Shown: positions 23,301-35,900 of the stretch, piece by piece | How the letters are laid out: each line of letters opens with the position of its first letter | How positions within the stretch are numbered: position 1 is the first letter of the stretch | NCBI GenBank assembly: GCA_043228905.1 | Contig: JBHGNT010000011.1 | Location: forward strand, 1,736,001-1,800,000 | Direction: 5' to 3' | Length of the DNA stretch: 64,000 nt | Source: Azolla caroliniana | Taxonomy: Eukaryota; Plantae; Polypodiophyta | Position numbers and translations under genes: made by a program | The notes under the pieces: model-generated | Told to the model about the DNA's origin: nothing | The model's input: only the letters and a program-made list of their open reading frames with translations | The model's database searches: none

Positions 23301-26200
23301 GAGATGAAGTCCGAAGACAAAACGGCGATGATCACACTTCTCACCGAATTTCGCGACGTGTTCGCCTGGTCATACAAAGACATGCGAGGACTCGACCCTC
23401 AGTTATACCAGCATCAGATTCACTTGAGCAAGGACGCAAAACCAGTGGCACAAAGACGGTACCGGATGAATCCCAATTATGCCGCCAAAGTCAAGGAGGA
23501 AATCGACAAACTGCTAAGAGTTGGCTTTATCCGTCCGGTAAAGAAAGCGACATGGCTGAGCCCAATCGTAGTCGTACCAAAGAACGGAAAAATTCGAGTT
23601 TGTGTGGACTACCGGAAACTCAATGCGGCTACCGTAACGGATGCGTTTCCACTTCCGTTCACAGATGGAGTGTTGGATGCCGCCGCCGGCCATGAGGCCT
23701 ATAGCTTTCTAGACGGATTCAGCGGGTATAATCAGATCCGGATGCACCCCGACGACCAAGAGAAAACGACTTTCGTCACCGAATGGGGGTGTTTGTGGCC
23801 GTGGTGATGATGTTCAGACTCAAAACGGCACCGGCAACATTTCAACGAATCATCATGGAAATCTTTGGTGAATATATCCCGGCTTTTATGCAGGTTTTCC
23901 TTGACAATTTCGCCGTCTATAGCCGGGAGGAGGACCATTTTCAGCACCTCCGTCTTTGTCTAGAAAAGTGTAGAGCGTACCGACTAAGCTTGAATCCGGC
24001 AAAGTGTGTATTTGGCGTGTCCAGTGGAACCTTATTAGGACATATTGTGAGCCAGGAAGGTATTAAAGTCGACCCGGACAAAGTGAAAGCCATATTAGAA
24101 GCACCAGCGCCGACAACGGCAAAGGCATTGAGCCGGTTCTTAGGACAGATCCGGTGGCACAGCCGGATGCTCCGATACTTGGCCGACCTGGCTACACCAT
24201 TGCATGCCGCCGTACATCGGACACCATTCCAGTGGACCGACACCGAGGATAGGGCGTATAGGGCCCTCAAGGTACTATTGTCGCAAGCACCGGTAGTACA
24301 ACCTTTGGATTGGAGTAAAGAATTTCATGTGTTCGTGGACACCTCCGACATCGCAATCGGAAGCGTACTGATGCAGCTTACGGAGCCAAAGTGGTATTGG
24401 CCAGTGTACTATGCCAGCCGAAAGCTATCCCAAGCGGAACGAAACTACTCTACTACGGAACGGGAAGCTCTAGGGATGATCTACAGTGTGACAAAGTTTC
24501 GGCATTATTTATTGGGAAGGAAGTTTTCCTTCCATGTAGATCATTCGGCACTCCTTTACCTGGTTTCCAAGGCGTCACTCACCTGTAAGTTGGCCCGGTG
24601 AACCTTACTGTTACAAGAATTCGAGTTTGAAATATTCCACTGACCCGGTATACAGCATGCTGTGGTGGATTACTTAAGCCGATTAGAGTCCGGAGAGACG
24701 GGTGATGGAGTAGCGGACGAGTTTCCGAATGCGGAGCTGTTTCGAGTCACTACGGAAACGGCAGCAGATGAGACGGTGGCACAGGAAGACAAGTGGCTCA
24801 CAAATATGCACCAGTTTCTAAACACAGGACTACCTCCGGAAGAGATGAACCGGGACGAAAGGAAACGCCTGGTAGTGCAAAGCCGACATTTCTGCTTACT
24901 ATGAGACACACTTTACCACAAGGGCGCGGACGGCATATGGAGACGGGCTGTGCGCAGCGATGAAAAGGACCTCATACTGAGGGAAGCCCACTGCGGAGTT
25001 GCCGGAGGTCACTATGCCGAAATTGCGACGGCCAGGAAAATATGGCAAAGTGGCCTATGGTGGCCAACTACATTAAGAGATGTTGTACGGTACGCAAAAG
25101 AATGTGACCTATGCCAGCGAATGGGCCAGCCAACGGAGCAGGCTCGGATACCACACCAGCCTGTACTACCACTCGAACCATTCCAGAAGTGGGGGCGGGA
25201 CTTTATTGGACCGTTCAAACCACCGGCAATGAGAACAGGTAATCGGTATGTCATCGTCGCGACGGATTACTGCATGAAATGGGTGGAGGCCAAAGCCTTA
25301 AGAGACAACACCGCTGCGTCAACGGCAAAATTTCTATACAAGTACATCTGGTGCCGTTACGGATGCCCAATCGAATTAATAAGCGACCAAGGGGGGCACT
25401 TTCTCGGCCAAGTAGTTGAAAGCCTGACGACATTCTATGCCGTTGTCCATAAACGGAGCACACCATACTATCCGCAAGCAAACGGGTTAGCTGAATCGAC
25501 GAACAAAACACTCCAGAATATCCTCTGGAAGATCGTCAACGAAAACCGAACGGATTGGGATACCAAGCTACATAGCGCGCTTTGGGCATACCGGACGGCA
25601 TATAAAACGAGCATCCAAACAACACCGTTCCGGTTAGCGTTCGGACTAGAGGCGGTAATGCCGGTGGAATTCCAAGTACCCAGCTTACGGATCCAGCTAC
25701 GGGAACGGCTGAACGAGAAGGAGTCGGAGGCAATACGGTTAACAACGCTGTGTGAACTAGAGGAACAACGACTGGCAAGCATCCTGCACTTAGAATTGGA
25801 ACAACGGCGACGGAAAGCATTTGTCGACCGGCACAGGAAAGGAAATGAAAAAATGTTCGCAATCGGCAAGCCGGTGTTAGTATTTCAGACCCGGATGGGC
25901 AAGATGTTGGGTAAACTACGGTTTAGATGGACCGGTCCGTATTGGCTGACACGTGAGTATAATGGGTCCTACCAGTTAGGGACACTTGCCGGCGAAGTGC
26001 TAGGCAAATGGGTCAACGGATTCCGATTGAAGCCATATAGAGGACCGATGCCCAAAAACCCATTTGAGCAAAGGACTGACACCGGTGCGGAAACGGCAAC
26101 CTATGAGGGAAATGGCAACCACCAAGATGGCAGAGACGGCGAGCCGGTAACTGGGGAGAATGAGGCCGGTAAGGGTCCGATAGGACCAACGGACAAGTAA
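20391..26200 (+). pseudogene. gag-pol of the Ty3/gypsy element (several stops and frameshifts)
   Basis: Gag with ERPPTP repeats and three Cys/His knuckles; protease VIDGGSGVNVI; RT; RNase H FVDTSDIAIG...YSTTEREAL; integrase H-H-C-C, ISDQGGHF, QANGLAESTNK, WTGPY. Confidence 0.93.
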
Positions 26201-26571
26201 CCTCACACTAACAGTAAAAAAAAAAAATTTTAAAAACGAAGTAATCATGCAAAAGCGAGGTAGGAATGGACAAGAGAGAGAGGAGCGAAAAGGTACGTAG
26301 TGGGCATTTAAGCGCCACCACAGGACATAATGCTATTTTAGTACACGACGTGCACACACTCGAAAAAGGCGCCAGAATGCACAGAGAAAAACCACTACGC
26401 GTGGAGACCCTCTACTTTCGCGAACCCAGGAGCACAGAAGCACCAAGGCGCTGCAAGATCATTAGACGAGAACCTATGCACAGAGAACCCCCGCCTTTTG
26501 AACTCTCTCTCTCTCAATCTCACTCTCATCACCATCCAACCTCGCCACCACAATCCGACCTCGACACAGAC

Positions 26572-29358
26572 ATGGACCCGCAAACGTTGTCGGAAGCCGC
26601 CAAGAAATGGCTAAAACAACACGGGCTCGAGGGCTTCTTGATGATTATGGAGGTACCGCCACACAAAGAAGCTGACAAGGTGATCAAAGAAATCGACACA
26701 GAGGTCATAACGGGGGAGGCGATCCGTGCGTTAACAGGCCTTCCGGAGGGAGGCATACTCACGATTGACAATCCGACCTCGGAGCAACTCATCAAGTATT
26801 TTGGTGAGTACTCCCTAGCCAGCAAGGGCTACCGGACACAGGGCGGCGGAGATATGTTGTTCCGCAAGATTGCCTGTGTGCTCCACGAATACCTCCATGT
26901 GTACCCCAAACCCCCTGTCATGCCGCAAAACCGGGCAGGGATGATCATCGCCACCTATGAAGGGATCAAGGTGGATTGGCCGGTATTGATCACAGACGGT
27001 TTGTGTGCGGCGATCGAGATCGTCAGAGGAAAAGACGGCAAAGAAGGACGGAGGATATGGCACGCAGTAACGCAATGGCTCACCTTGCTTGTGCCACCCG
27101 TCCAGCCCGTCCAGCCCAAGAAGCGGGGAAGAGTGGTGGAAGGCACCCCAAAGACGGCTTCCAAAAGACAACAGTTGTTGGCCTCTAAGGCCACTAAGGG
27201 GAAGGCGGCCGACGTAGAACAGGCGGGAAAGGAGAGCGCCAGCCGGAAGTGGCCAACGGATGCGCAGGAGGAACCACCGGTACGGCCCGTAAAGGTTACA
27301 CTCCGCCGACCGGTGAATAGAGAAGCGGACCACTTGGCGGCAAAACTCAATGTCGGGACTCAAGAAGAGGAAATAGAGGAGGAGCCTACGGAGCACCTCC
27401 AGTGACGGTCGTCAACAAGGACCGTTGAGGCAGCCGGGAAGAATTCGGACCCTCAGACAAAGGGAACACCGGCTCCCCATACTGAGACTCCCACGCCAAG
27501 GGAGGAACCGGAACCGGTGCACATGGCACCGGAATCAGAAGCCCCTGCACCACCGGCAAGTCCCATCCTGCCAGAGCCGGAAAGGTCAATGCAGCCTCCC
27601 TCGGCCAACCAAGAAGAAGCGCAAGGGGAACCAGGACAGCAGGGTGGTCCACGGGCAGAAACGGACTTGACACTCGGCGCAATCAGGCGGGACCACCTAT
27701 CTACAAGCGAGCCCATCCGTCAAACCTCCGTGCAAACGCAACAACAAGGCACCAGTAGCCTGTGGCTCCGATGGATAGGCGAACAGATTGCCGGAGCAGT
27801 CGGGTATATTGAGGTGGAAGAAAGAGCGCAAAGCGAACGGTTGCTCGTCACAACCGAACAACTAGAGACGGCCCGGTCTAGAATCCGGTGCCTTGAAAAA
27901 GACTTGGATCAGGTCACGGCAGAGATGGCCAAAATGGCCTTAACGGCAACACAGATCCAATCACCGGTGACTCCGGTAAGTGTACAGAATAAAGAAACAG
28001 ATCAACCTGTACATACCAATAAGACCCCGGCAATGGAAACCGTTCCAGAGAGAGATGCGGCGCAAGCCCAGGAGCTTGCAGAATTGAGAGATGAACTTGC
28101 CACACAAGAAGCACTAAGGAGCCCGAAAACAGGAATTGAAGACAGCGGCCGAAGCAGAATTAAAGAAGACTGCTGAGAACCTCCACCGGGCAGAGGAGAG
28201 CCTCCGGAAGCCCATCAAGCGTACGACCGGCTAAGGGAGGAAAAAGACAAAGTGTTGCAGGAAAAGGACAAGCTGCGGAAGACGGCGGAAACGGAAATTG
28301 AACGGCTAAAGGAAGAGCTCCGCCAGCAGAAGGACCACGAGGACCGGGCCCGTCGATAGATCAACACACGGCTCAAGCAAAAGACAGATGATTTTGAGTA
28401 CCTGCACCGGGACTTCAAACGGCTGGAAACGGAGCATAAGGAACGGATGGCCGAACTCCAGCAGGAAATTGATCGGGCCGCGACGGCGATCGCCGACGAA
28501 CGTGCGGAAAATACAAGACGGTTGGATGAGGCGGAGAAGGTCCGAATGGAGCTCCAGAGGCAGCAACAGGAAGAAAAGGAGAGAGCGTCAACGGTATTGC
28601 AAAAATTACAAAGCACATATCAAAGGCAATTGACGCATTACAAGGAGCAAGCGGAAGACAACGTCAAAATCATCAAGCAACTGAAGGAGGAACGGCAAGC
28701 GGCGGAGATCAAATCGCAATTGGGAACGGGCCGGATTCAGTGCATCCTCCGGACATGGCTGAATCAGACAAAACGCTTGATTGACGAAAGCTCCGTAAGA
28801 TGGTGGACAAAGTGGGCACAAAATACGGCGGAACTCCAATTGCTACGGGTAGACGTGGCAAACCGGTGGAAGGAAGGAGATGATTGTTACACGTTGACTT
28901 CCGAGGACTTCACCGCCATACAGGACGAGCTGGCCGACGACTTCCAAGTCCTGGCGGATGAACAGCTGGCGCAGGTCCGGGAACTCGTAGCTTAGCTAGA
29001 CGATGATAGGCTGGACGCTCAAATCAAGTTTGAAAGCTATGATCGGTCCCGGGTTCGGGAAGAAAAAGCACGGGAAGCGGCAACGGTTAACCTTAGTGAT
29101 GAGGAACCATCGTCGGCCGAGGGCCAGGCCAGAACCAGTCAACCGGAGACCACTACAACGGAGGGAGCAACGACGGAGACGCCAGTGTCAGAGCAACAAA
29201 CGGAGGAGCAGCCGCAGCAACCACAACAACAACAACAACCAATTCCAGATGAACCATTGGAGACGCTCGAACAAAGCATTCTGGATATTTTGGACAAAGA
29301 ATAGCAAGGGTCGGATGTGGATTCGATGTACAAGATACTGTCCCACGGGCGTGCCATG
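26572..29358 (+). pseudogene. Extra 3' ORF (~900 codons, disrupted): globular N-terminal domain, Pro/Glu-rich linker, long coiled coil
   Basis: ORF-track pieces 26266-27405, 27517-28176 and 28447-28995 chain through stops and frameshifts. ITGEAIRALTGLP...KVDWPVLI resembles plant-transposon accessory domains; E/K/R/Q heptad-rich region follows. Confidence 0.75.
29340..29356 (-). promoter_or_regulatory. Antisense PBS (tRNA-Arg(UCU)-like) occupying the PPT position
   Basis: Plus strand GTCCCACGGGCGTGCCA, then TG, then the 3' LTR; minus strand reads TGGCACGCCCGTGGGAC. No purine run precedes the LTR. Confidence 0.72.
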
Positions 29359-32300
29359 TGTTACCGGCCCGGCCGGCAAAGGAGTCCAGAGTGTGAAACG
29401 GGGAGTTATTTAATTATTAGGAATGGTTGTAAGTAAGCTATGAGTGTGGACGGACGGACCGGAATCGGTATATCGTTCCGGATCCGGACCGATCCCGAAC
29501 AGGTGCTGATGGCACCGTTTTGTACTACAGACCGGAAACCTATTTAAAGGCCCGGATACAATGTAATGAGGAGCGGTTAATTAATAAAGCTTAGTGCTTT
29601 TATCTCTGTGTTAATTGCCGTTTTGCATTCATTGTTATATCTTACGCGTGTGATTATTAAGGACGATCTTGCTAAGTAACCTAATTAAGTCGGATTAAGC
29701 GTTGAGTCTAATCCTGTTGCCGTAACACCCCTTTGGTGAAGTGTCTTCCGTAGACACCTTGTGTTAGGCCATTGTTCGGCCCTAAGAGTTAACATTCAGG
29801 TGCACGAAGATTTAAGGTCTCCATATAATCGCTAAGCTCTACCTCCATTACTACACCACATAATTTAGCAAGGGTATGACCTATCATAATGGTCCTATAT
29901 GTATTTGGGTCCATGGGGTCCCCCCCTTTATGTATGGGGGCCAATGTGTTCATGGTACATTGTGGTGGAAAACCCTCGATGAGGGCACGATTGAATATTA
30001 GAGTTAGCAAGGGAGCTAGGCACTCTCTCACATATATGATGTATTCTGCTTGCAATCTTGTGTGGTCCATGGACTTCCTATGTTGTAATTTCTTTATGAC
30101 CTTTGTGACCCTAGAGGTCGTGAAGAGTGTCCCCACGATAGGTCGGGGTGTAGACGGCATTGGAATGGATGTTTGGTTTGGGATTTGGTAAAGTCTCTAT
30201 GTATATGTGTGCCAAGTTTCATGAGCTTCGATGGGTCTTGGTTTCATGTGGTCTTGGTTCCCGTAATCTCTTCCATGCAGTGGCACACTCGCTACTCATG
30301 AGCATATGGTAGAGTTCCCAATATTGGGATGCCTCCCATGCTCGTCTCTTACGACGTGTCATCTTGCGCATTTCTTTGCGAGCTTGTACTGAGGTAGTAC
30401 TACCACTGAGTTGCAATATTGTAAGTTTTCTATGTAAGTACCTACAATCCTCATCATACCATCTATTTTGTGGCATAGATCCTAATTTACCTTGATTGGA
30501 GTGTTTCATGTATGGGAAACTGCTCATCACACCATCTATTTTGTGGCATAGATCCTAATTTACCTTGATTGGAGTGTTTCATGTAAGTTTTCTATGTAAG
30601 TACCTACAATCCTCATCATACCATCTATTTTGTGGCATAGATCCTAATTTACCTTGATTGGAGTGTTTCATGTATGGGAAACTGCTAATTGATGAGGAGT
30701 GAAGGATGTGTGTGAGTTTCGTACTAAGGCTCTCTAAAGGTAGGGAGGGATCAAGGGAGGAGAGATGGGCTTGAACATGTCGAGCATATATGTCAGAGAG
30801 CTCATGTGTGAAATGTATTGTGGTGTGATGGCGTGGTTGACTAGAGTTGGTGACGTTAGAGATATCGCATTTTAGCTCGAAGTATAAGAAACTATGGTCC
30901 GCGCCAATAGGGCATGGGGCCACCCGGAAGGACTTAATCATGGCGGTAGCTTCAGGGTGTCCCATTAGATAATCAACTGTGCTTTCCCCTCCTCCATGTG
31001 GGAAACATGTGAGCTCTTCCGAGCCCGGCCACTTCGCTAAACCATTATATATGACCATATGGTGCCGACTGCCAAGTTCGAGCAAATGATGGCCAAACCT
31101 CGTGGCGTCCGCACCTTGATCCTTTGATCTACGTGTGGTGCCTATGTCTAAAGGATCGACATTTACCATTTCTAGGTTTCTATTCATCTGAAATATTGTG
31201 CATTGTCGGGATTGGGTTCTTGCATTAAAGTCTCGTACAAGGAATACTTCTCCTTGGGAAGAATATTGGATTATGTCATCCGATAGAGGTTCGTATGGGG
31301 AAGGCCCATGTGGCACTCCTTCATCAACTAATCTCGCCTCGCCAACCAGATTATAATGAGAGCCTTTCGGGGGGAAGTAACAAATGGCGAAAAATATTGC
31401 CTTGTCCTTGCTTGTGGAGACTTTCACCTACATAAAATGAGCCTTTGGGTCTGTCCTCAGTATTTCTATCCTATTATGTAGCTCTCTTCGAAACAATATT
31501 GTGCATCGACGTGAGGTTGGTCTAAAAGCTGACTCCCAACGAAATCCTTCGACTTGTGGGAGTCCCCTATTTGGGCTTTAGTGTGTTTCTACTAAGAAAA
31601 GTATATCTGATACCTTTAATATCTCCTCTAGGCGGCCGGGGTGTGTCCAGAGTGCGTCGTTACAATTCCATAAGGTCATCCTAAGTGTATTTTCTGTCAC
31701 ATGGGCCACACGCCGTCAATTAGTAGTGCAATCATTTATGATCACTCACCCATCTCGATAAAAGGCATGATGCCCTTCTTTATGAGCTTGCATAACTCGT
31801 GGCATACAACTCTTGCGATGCTCAATTTGCATCTTAGTGAGGTCTTCATCGAGATAGTTAGGGTCCCCACCCAATCCTCGAAGAATTGGTCTCTTCTTAA
31901 AGAAAGTGATTCTAGAGTCTAAGTCTTTAAATTGAAGAACTAAGGCTCTCTTCCTAGTTGTGTCACGTCCGGCCCTCCAAGCTTTAGTGATAGGTAGGGC
32001 CGTTGTGTACCCTAACATTTTCCCAAGTGTTTGTGCATCCTCGTCTGGGGATGCACCTTCCTTGAGCCCAGTGACACACACATTTAGGCGTCGGGTGTGA
32101 CACATTTTCTCCTCTTCAAGGGTGGTATTAACAATATTTTCATCTTTTATTTCTTTTTTAATGTTTCTTTTAACCACATCTACCCAACCCATTTTTGCTA
32201 ACTCTATGTTATTTTTAACTTCCTCTTTAACTTTTTTAATCTCGTCTTTTATATCCTTTATGGAGGATATTTCACCGTCCTCTCAAGATACCTCGATGTC

Positions 32301-32911
32301 ATTAAGTTGTTTTTTGAGGTTGGTGTTTCCCTCTTTAAGTTTTTCTATTTCGGCCTTGAGGGCGTCTTTTTCCTCTCTTGTGGGTTTCGGCGTCTTTCAC
32401 CCATTTTTTCATATCCATCTCTATTTTTGTTAAACGATTAAACATATCTAAAAAGTCCTCCTTACTTATAGCATCGTCTTGTATATCCTTATGTTCCTTA
32501 GTTTGTTTAGACGTCATTGTGGTGTCAATAAGAAAAAAAAAGATAAAATAAATGAGTTTGAGACTTAGCCGAGTTTGTGTGTATGTCGCAGTCACATCAG
32601 CATTTTGTAGCACGCGACGAGCACGCAAGAACCCACCAATGGAGGAAGGATGCACCGCCAAGATAAGAAACACGGCACTCGGCAATGCCAAGAAAAGGAA
32701 AGAGAAGAACACGACAACACGACAGTATGGCCGATGACGGCGACGACGACGAACGGTGACGGACGGCCAGAGGTGACAGCATGGCAGCAGATCGTACAAC
32801 ACGCAGATGGCAGCAGACGGCAAGGCAGCACGCGGCAACAGTAGACATCGCAGATGGCAGCGCGGCAATAGCAGACGACAGCACGATCGTTGCAAGAGAG
32901 AGAGAGAGAGA

Positions 32912-35900
32912 CATAAACATGAATTCCCCCACAATTTGTGAGGAATTCATGTTTATGTCCATCATTATATCGATCCAAAAAAGAGTAATGTGATGGTTGA
33001 ATGTAATCGTGAAAGGGAAGACATTGGAAGCTCTAAGAGGTTTAAGGGAATTGAAGAAATTAATGAGAAAAAATTAACATGTGCCGAAATAATACATGTA
33101 GATGAAGTTGACAAGGATCATTGTAATTGGGATAATTTATGGGGAATTGCCAATACCTTATTGTCGGATATTGTGGAAGAAAATAAAAATGCAGCGAAAG
33201 AATGCATTGAAGAGGATGTGCATGATGTGGAAGTTGATGCTAAGGCAGTTTTGCAATCATTTGATGCATTCTATGATCGTGTTGTTATATTATTTTTTAC
33301 CGGAAAACTCCCATATTTAATTACATTAAACAATGGTTGAACACAATCGTGTCACCAAATTGTGTTGAAAATATATATGCAGGACCACGAGGGTTTTATG
33401 ATGTGGTATTTCGTTCACTGGAGCATCGAAGTGCATTGTTGGGTAAAGTTCCTGTGTTTTTTGATAAACGATTGGTGCATGTTATGCAATGGTCCCCCGT
33501 AGTGGACTATCATGCTTTGTTAAAATAAGAATGTCCTGTTTGGGTTACAATGGATTGTAAGCATGCTTTTTTATGGCCACTTTTACCAGAGTTGATGAGT
33601 CAAATGGGTAAAGTGTTGGTATCTCCACATGCAAATGCTACAAATAAGTGCAGATTTTGTGTGTTATGGGATACAAGTCACAAGAGGCCAGGATGGGTGC
33701 GTATGAATGCTCCTAGTATGAGAAGTCTTTGTTTTAAACTGAAGTGGGAGACATTTGCAGGTCATTGTTTTGGATGTGGTGAATGGGGTCACTTTATGGC
33801 GGAATGCCACGGTCATTGTCCTTCAACTACAGAGGTTCCTATTGAAGGGAACGATAAGGAAGGAGTTGGGAGAGATGTTGGTGTGTCTGATTTTGTGGAT
33901 GAAGGAACATCACCTAGAGCAGGTTATAAAGAGGTCTCACTTCAAGGTTTGGGCCCTAAGAATAAGGGAATTGAATCTATGGATATGGAAAAACAAAGTT
34001 TAATGGTTAAAGATAAGGGGGAAAAACCGTTGGATAGAGATAGTAGTGATGTTGTTGACAAAGATTGGCATGAGGTTAAGGGCAAGTCGAAAGGGAAATC
34101 AATGAATATGCAGCGTAGTAGCTTGCCCACTACTCGTGTGACTACTTGGCAAGGTAATTCAGGAACTAGGGAGGGCCCTCGAAAAGTTCCTTGGCAACGA
34201 CAATCTAGGGATAAGGGATTACCCCTTAACCTTCAATTTGATTCATTGGGACGAGTTGTAAATTCATCGAATTCTCGAGGTTTTCGTCAAGCGGGAGGAC
34301 CTAAAAAAAAGATTTCGATAGACAACCCTAAGGATGTGGTGCATGAAAATCCATATGCAGCATTGGAGCATGCTTTGACTAGTTTCATGACATTGGTTGC
34401 TCTAAAGGAGCAAATGCTCCCATAACATTGTTGATTGAATGAAAGTGGTAACATGGAATGTGAGAGGGGCATGTTCTCCTCATAAGAAGTATATACTATG
34501 GGAAACTTTGTTAAGTAGAGAATGGGATGTAGTATGTGCAGTTGAGCATAAGTGTCATGAGTTAGCAGGATCCACAGTGCATTTGCGTGGATATTCATCA
34601 TTTTATGCAAGACATCTTAATAATCATTATTCAAGTGTGGTATTAATTGTGAGGGATAAGTATTATCCTCAAGTGGTGCATAATGATCCTTATGGTCAGT
34701 TTTTGGTTCTAGAAATCACTTTTTTTGGCGAGGTTGTGTGGGTGGTTGGGATTTATGCCCCTAACCAAGCCACTCAACATATTGCATTATGGGGTTCACT
34801 CCTTCAAACCCTATCTATTGGACGTCCAGGATTACTTATGGGCGATTTTAACATGTGTGTTGATGCATTTCAATTCACGTCTGAACATTCAATCATGGAT
34901 GATCCTGAGCAACTTGCTTGGGACTCCTTGGTTGTGGAGGTTCTGAAGTTGGATGTTTCCAATATGCTCAACATAGACAAACATGAAGTCGGTTAGATAG
35001 AATGTATTTGATGCATGATGATTCTTTTTTACCGACATCACTTCGTATGAACATTCTACAAGATGTTGGAACTTCAGATCACTTTCCTATTTGCTTGGAG
35101 GTGTGTAATCATGCAATTGACATGTATAAATCTTTACTTGGAAAGCCTCCACTACGCTTTAACTCTTCTCTTTTGCTTCAACCTCACTTTGATTCTCTCA
35201 TGGAGCAAATTTTGGTAAATTTTTCTCAACAAGTGAATCTTAAAGGAGTTAAAGCATGGGATATCACATTACGAAACATTAACATCATTCATCGTATGTA
35301 TGGAGTAACCAATGCTCAACGAAGAAGAGGTCTTATTCGACAATTCTCACAAGTTCTCTCTAGGTGTAATGCATTATTGATACATACACCATTAGATGAG
35401 GATCTTTTGGATATTCAGAGTCAATTGCATGTTATTATTTCTCAGTTGCAATGCCAAAGTTATCGTTATGCTAAGATGCGACAACTCAGGGAAGGACTCG
35501 TTGATAATCAATGTCAATCTCATTTGTTTTTCCAAGCATTACATCCTACTTATGCTCGATCTAATGTGGTGCATGTGAAGCAAGGGGATGAATTGATAGT
35601 GGATCCTACAACAATAATTGACATATGTCTTCATTACTTTAAGGAGTTGATTGGTCCACAATTGTTAATGACAGATGAGGTGAGTAGAGCACGTCATGAG
35701 TTTTATGATGTGGTTGGATCTATTGTGCATGATCTCATTAGTCATGAATTGGATGCGGATTTCACTGAGGATGAGGTGGATGTAGTTTTAAGGCATCTTC
35801 CTAGTGGTAAGAGCCCTGGTTGGGATGGCTTGACAAATGAAGTTTTTAAGAGATATTCCAACATTTTAAAGGGGCCCTTGACTTTGATGTTTCAACAGTC

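Larger units (their letters stand above)
19902..29794 (+). mobile_element. Full-length non-chromovirus Ty3/gypsy element (Athila/Tat-related) with extra 3' ORF
   Basis: 436-bp LTRs 19902-20337 and 29359-29794 (TGTTA...TAACA, roughly 11 mismatches), TSD TTCAG (19897-19901 and 29795-29799), PBS TGGCGACCAC at 20345. RT VDYRKLN...SFLDGFSGYNQI; integrase without chromodomain. Confidence 0.96.
17735..32894 (-). mobile_element. RTEX-like LINE, near full length and degenerate, split by the Ty3/gypsy element at 19902-29794
   Basis: ORF1 ~32517-31746 (coiled coil; LNVCVTGLKE...YLDEDLTKMQIEHR). ORF2 from ~31679: APE (LWNC...FLVETH, DFNART, STVDY, ADH), RT (DFRKAFD, GVKQGCPLSP, LLYADD), C-terminal LRISSHQLEIE...CRLC...EDEYHF..KCP. 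(TTTC)n 3' tail at ~17735-17760. Confidence 0.88.

Noticed and set aside
19902-29794. Element actually transcribed on the minus strand, using the antisense PBS as its only PBS
   Set aside because: All ORFs, the LTR TATA-then-AATAAA order and a tRNA-type PBS are on the plus strand, and there is no convincing minus-strand PPT beside the left LTR.
32335-32993. Protein-coding ORFs between the two LINEs
   Set aside because: GC-rich, triplet-repetitive LINE 5' UTR sequence; translations are low-information.
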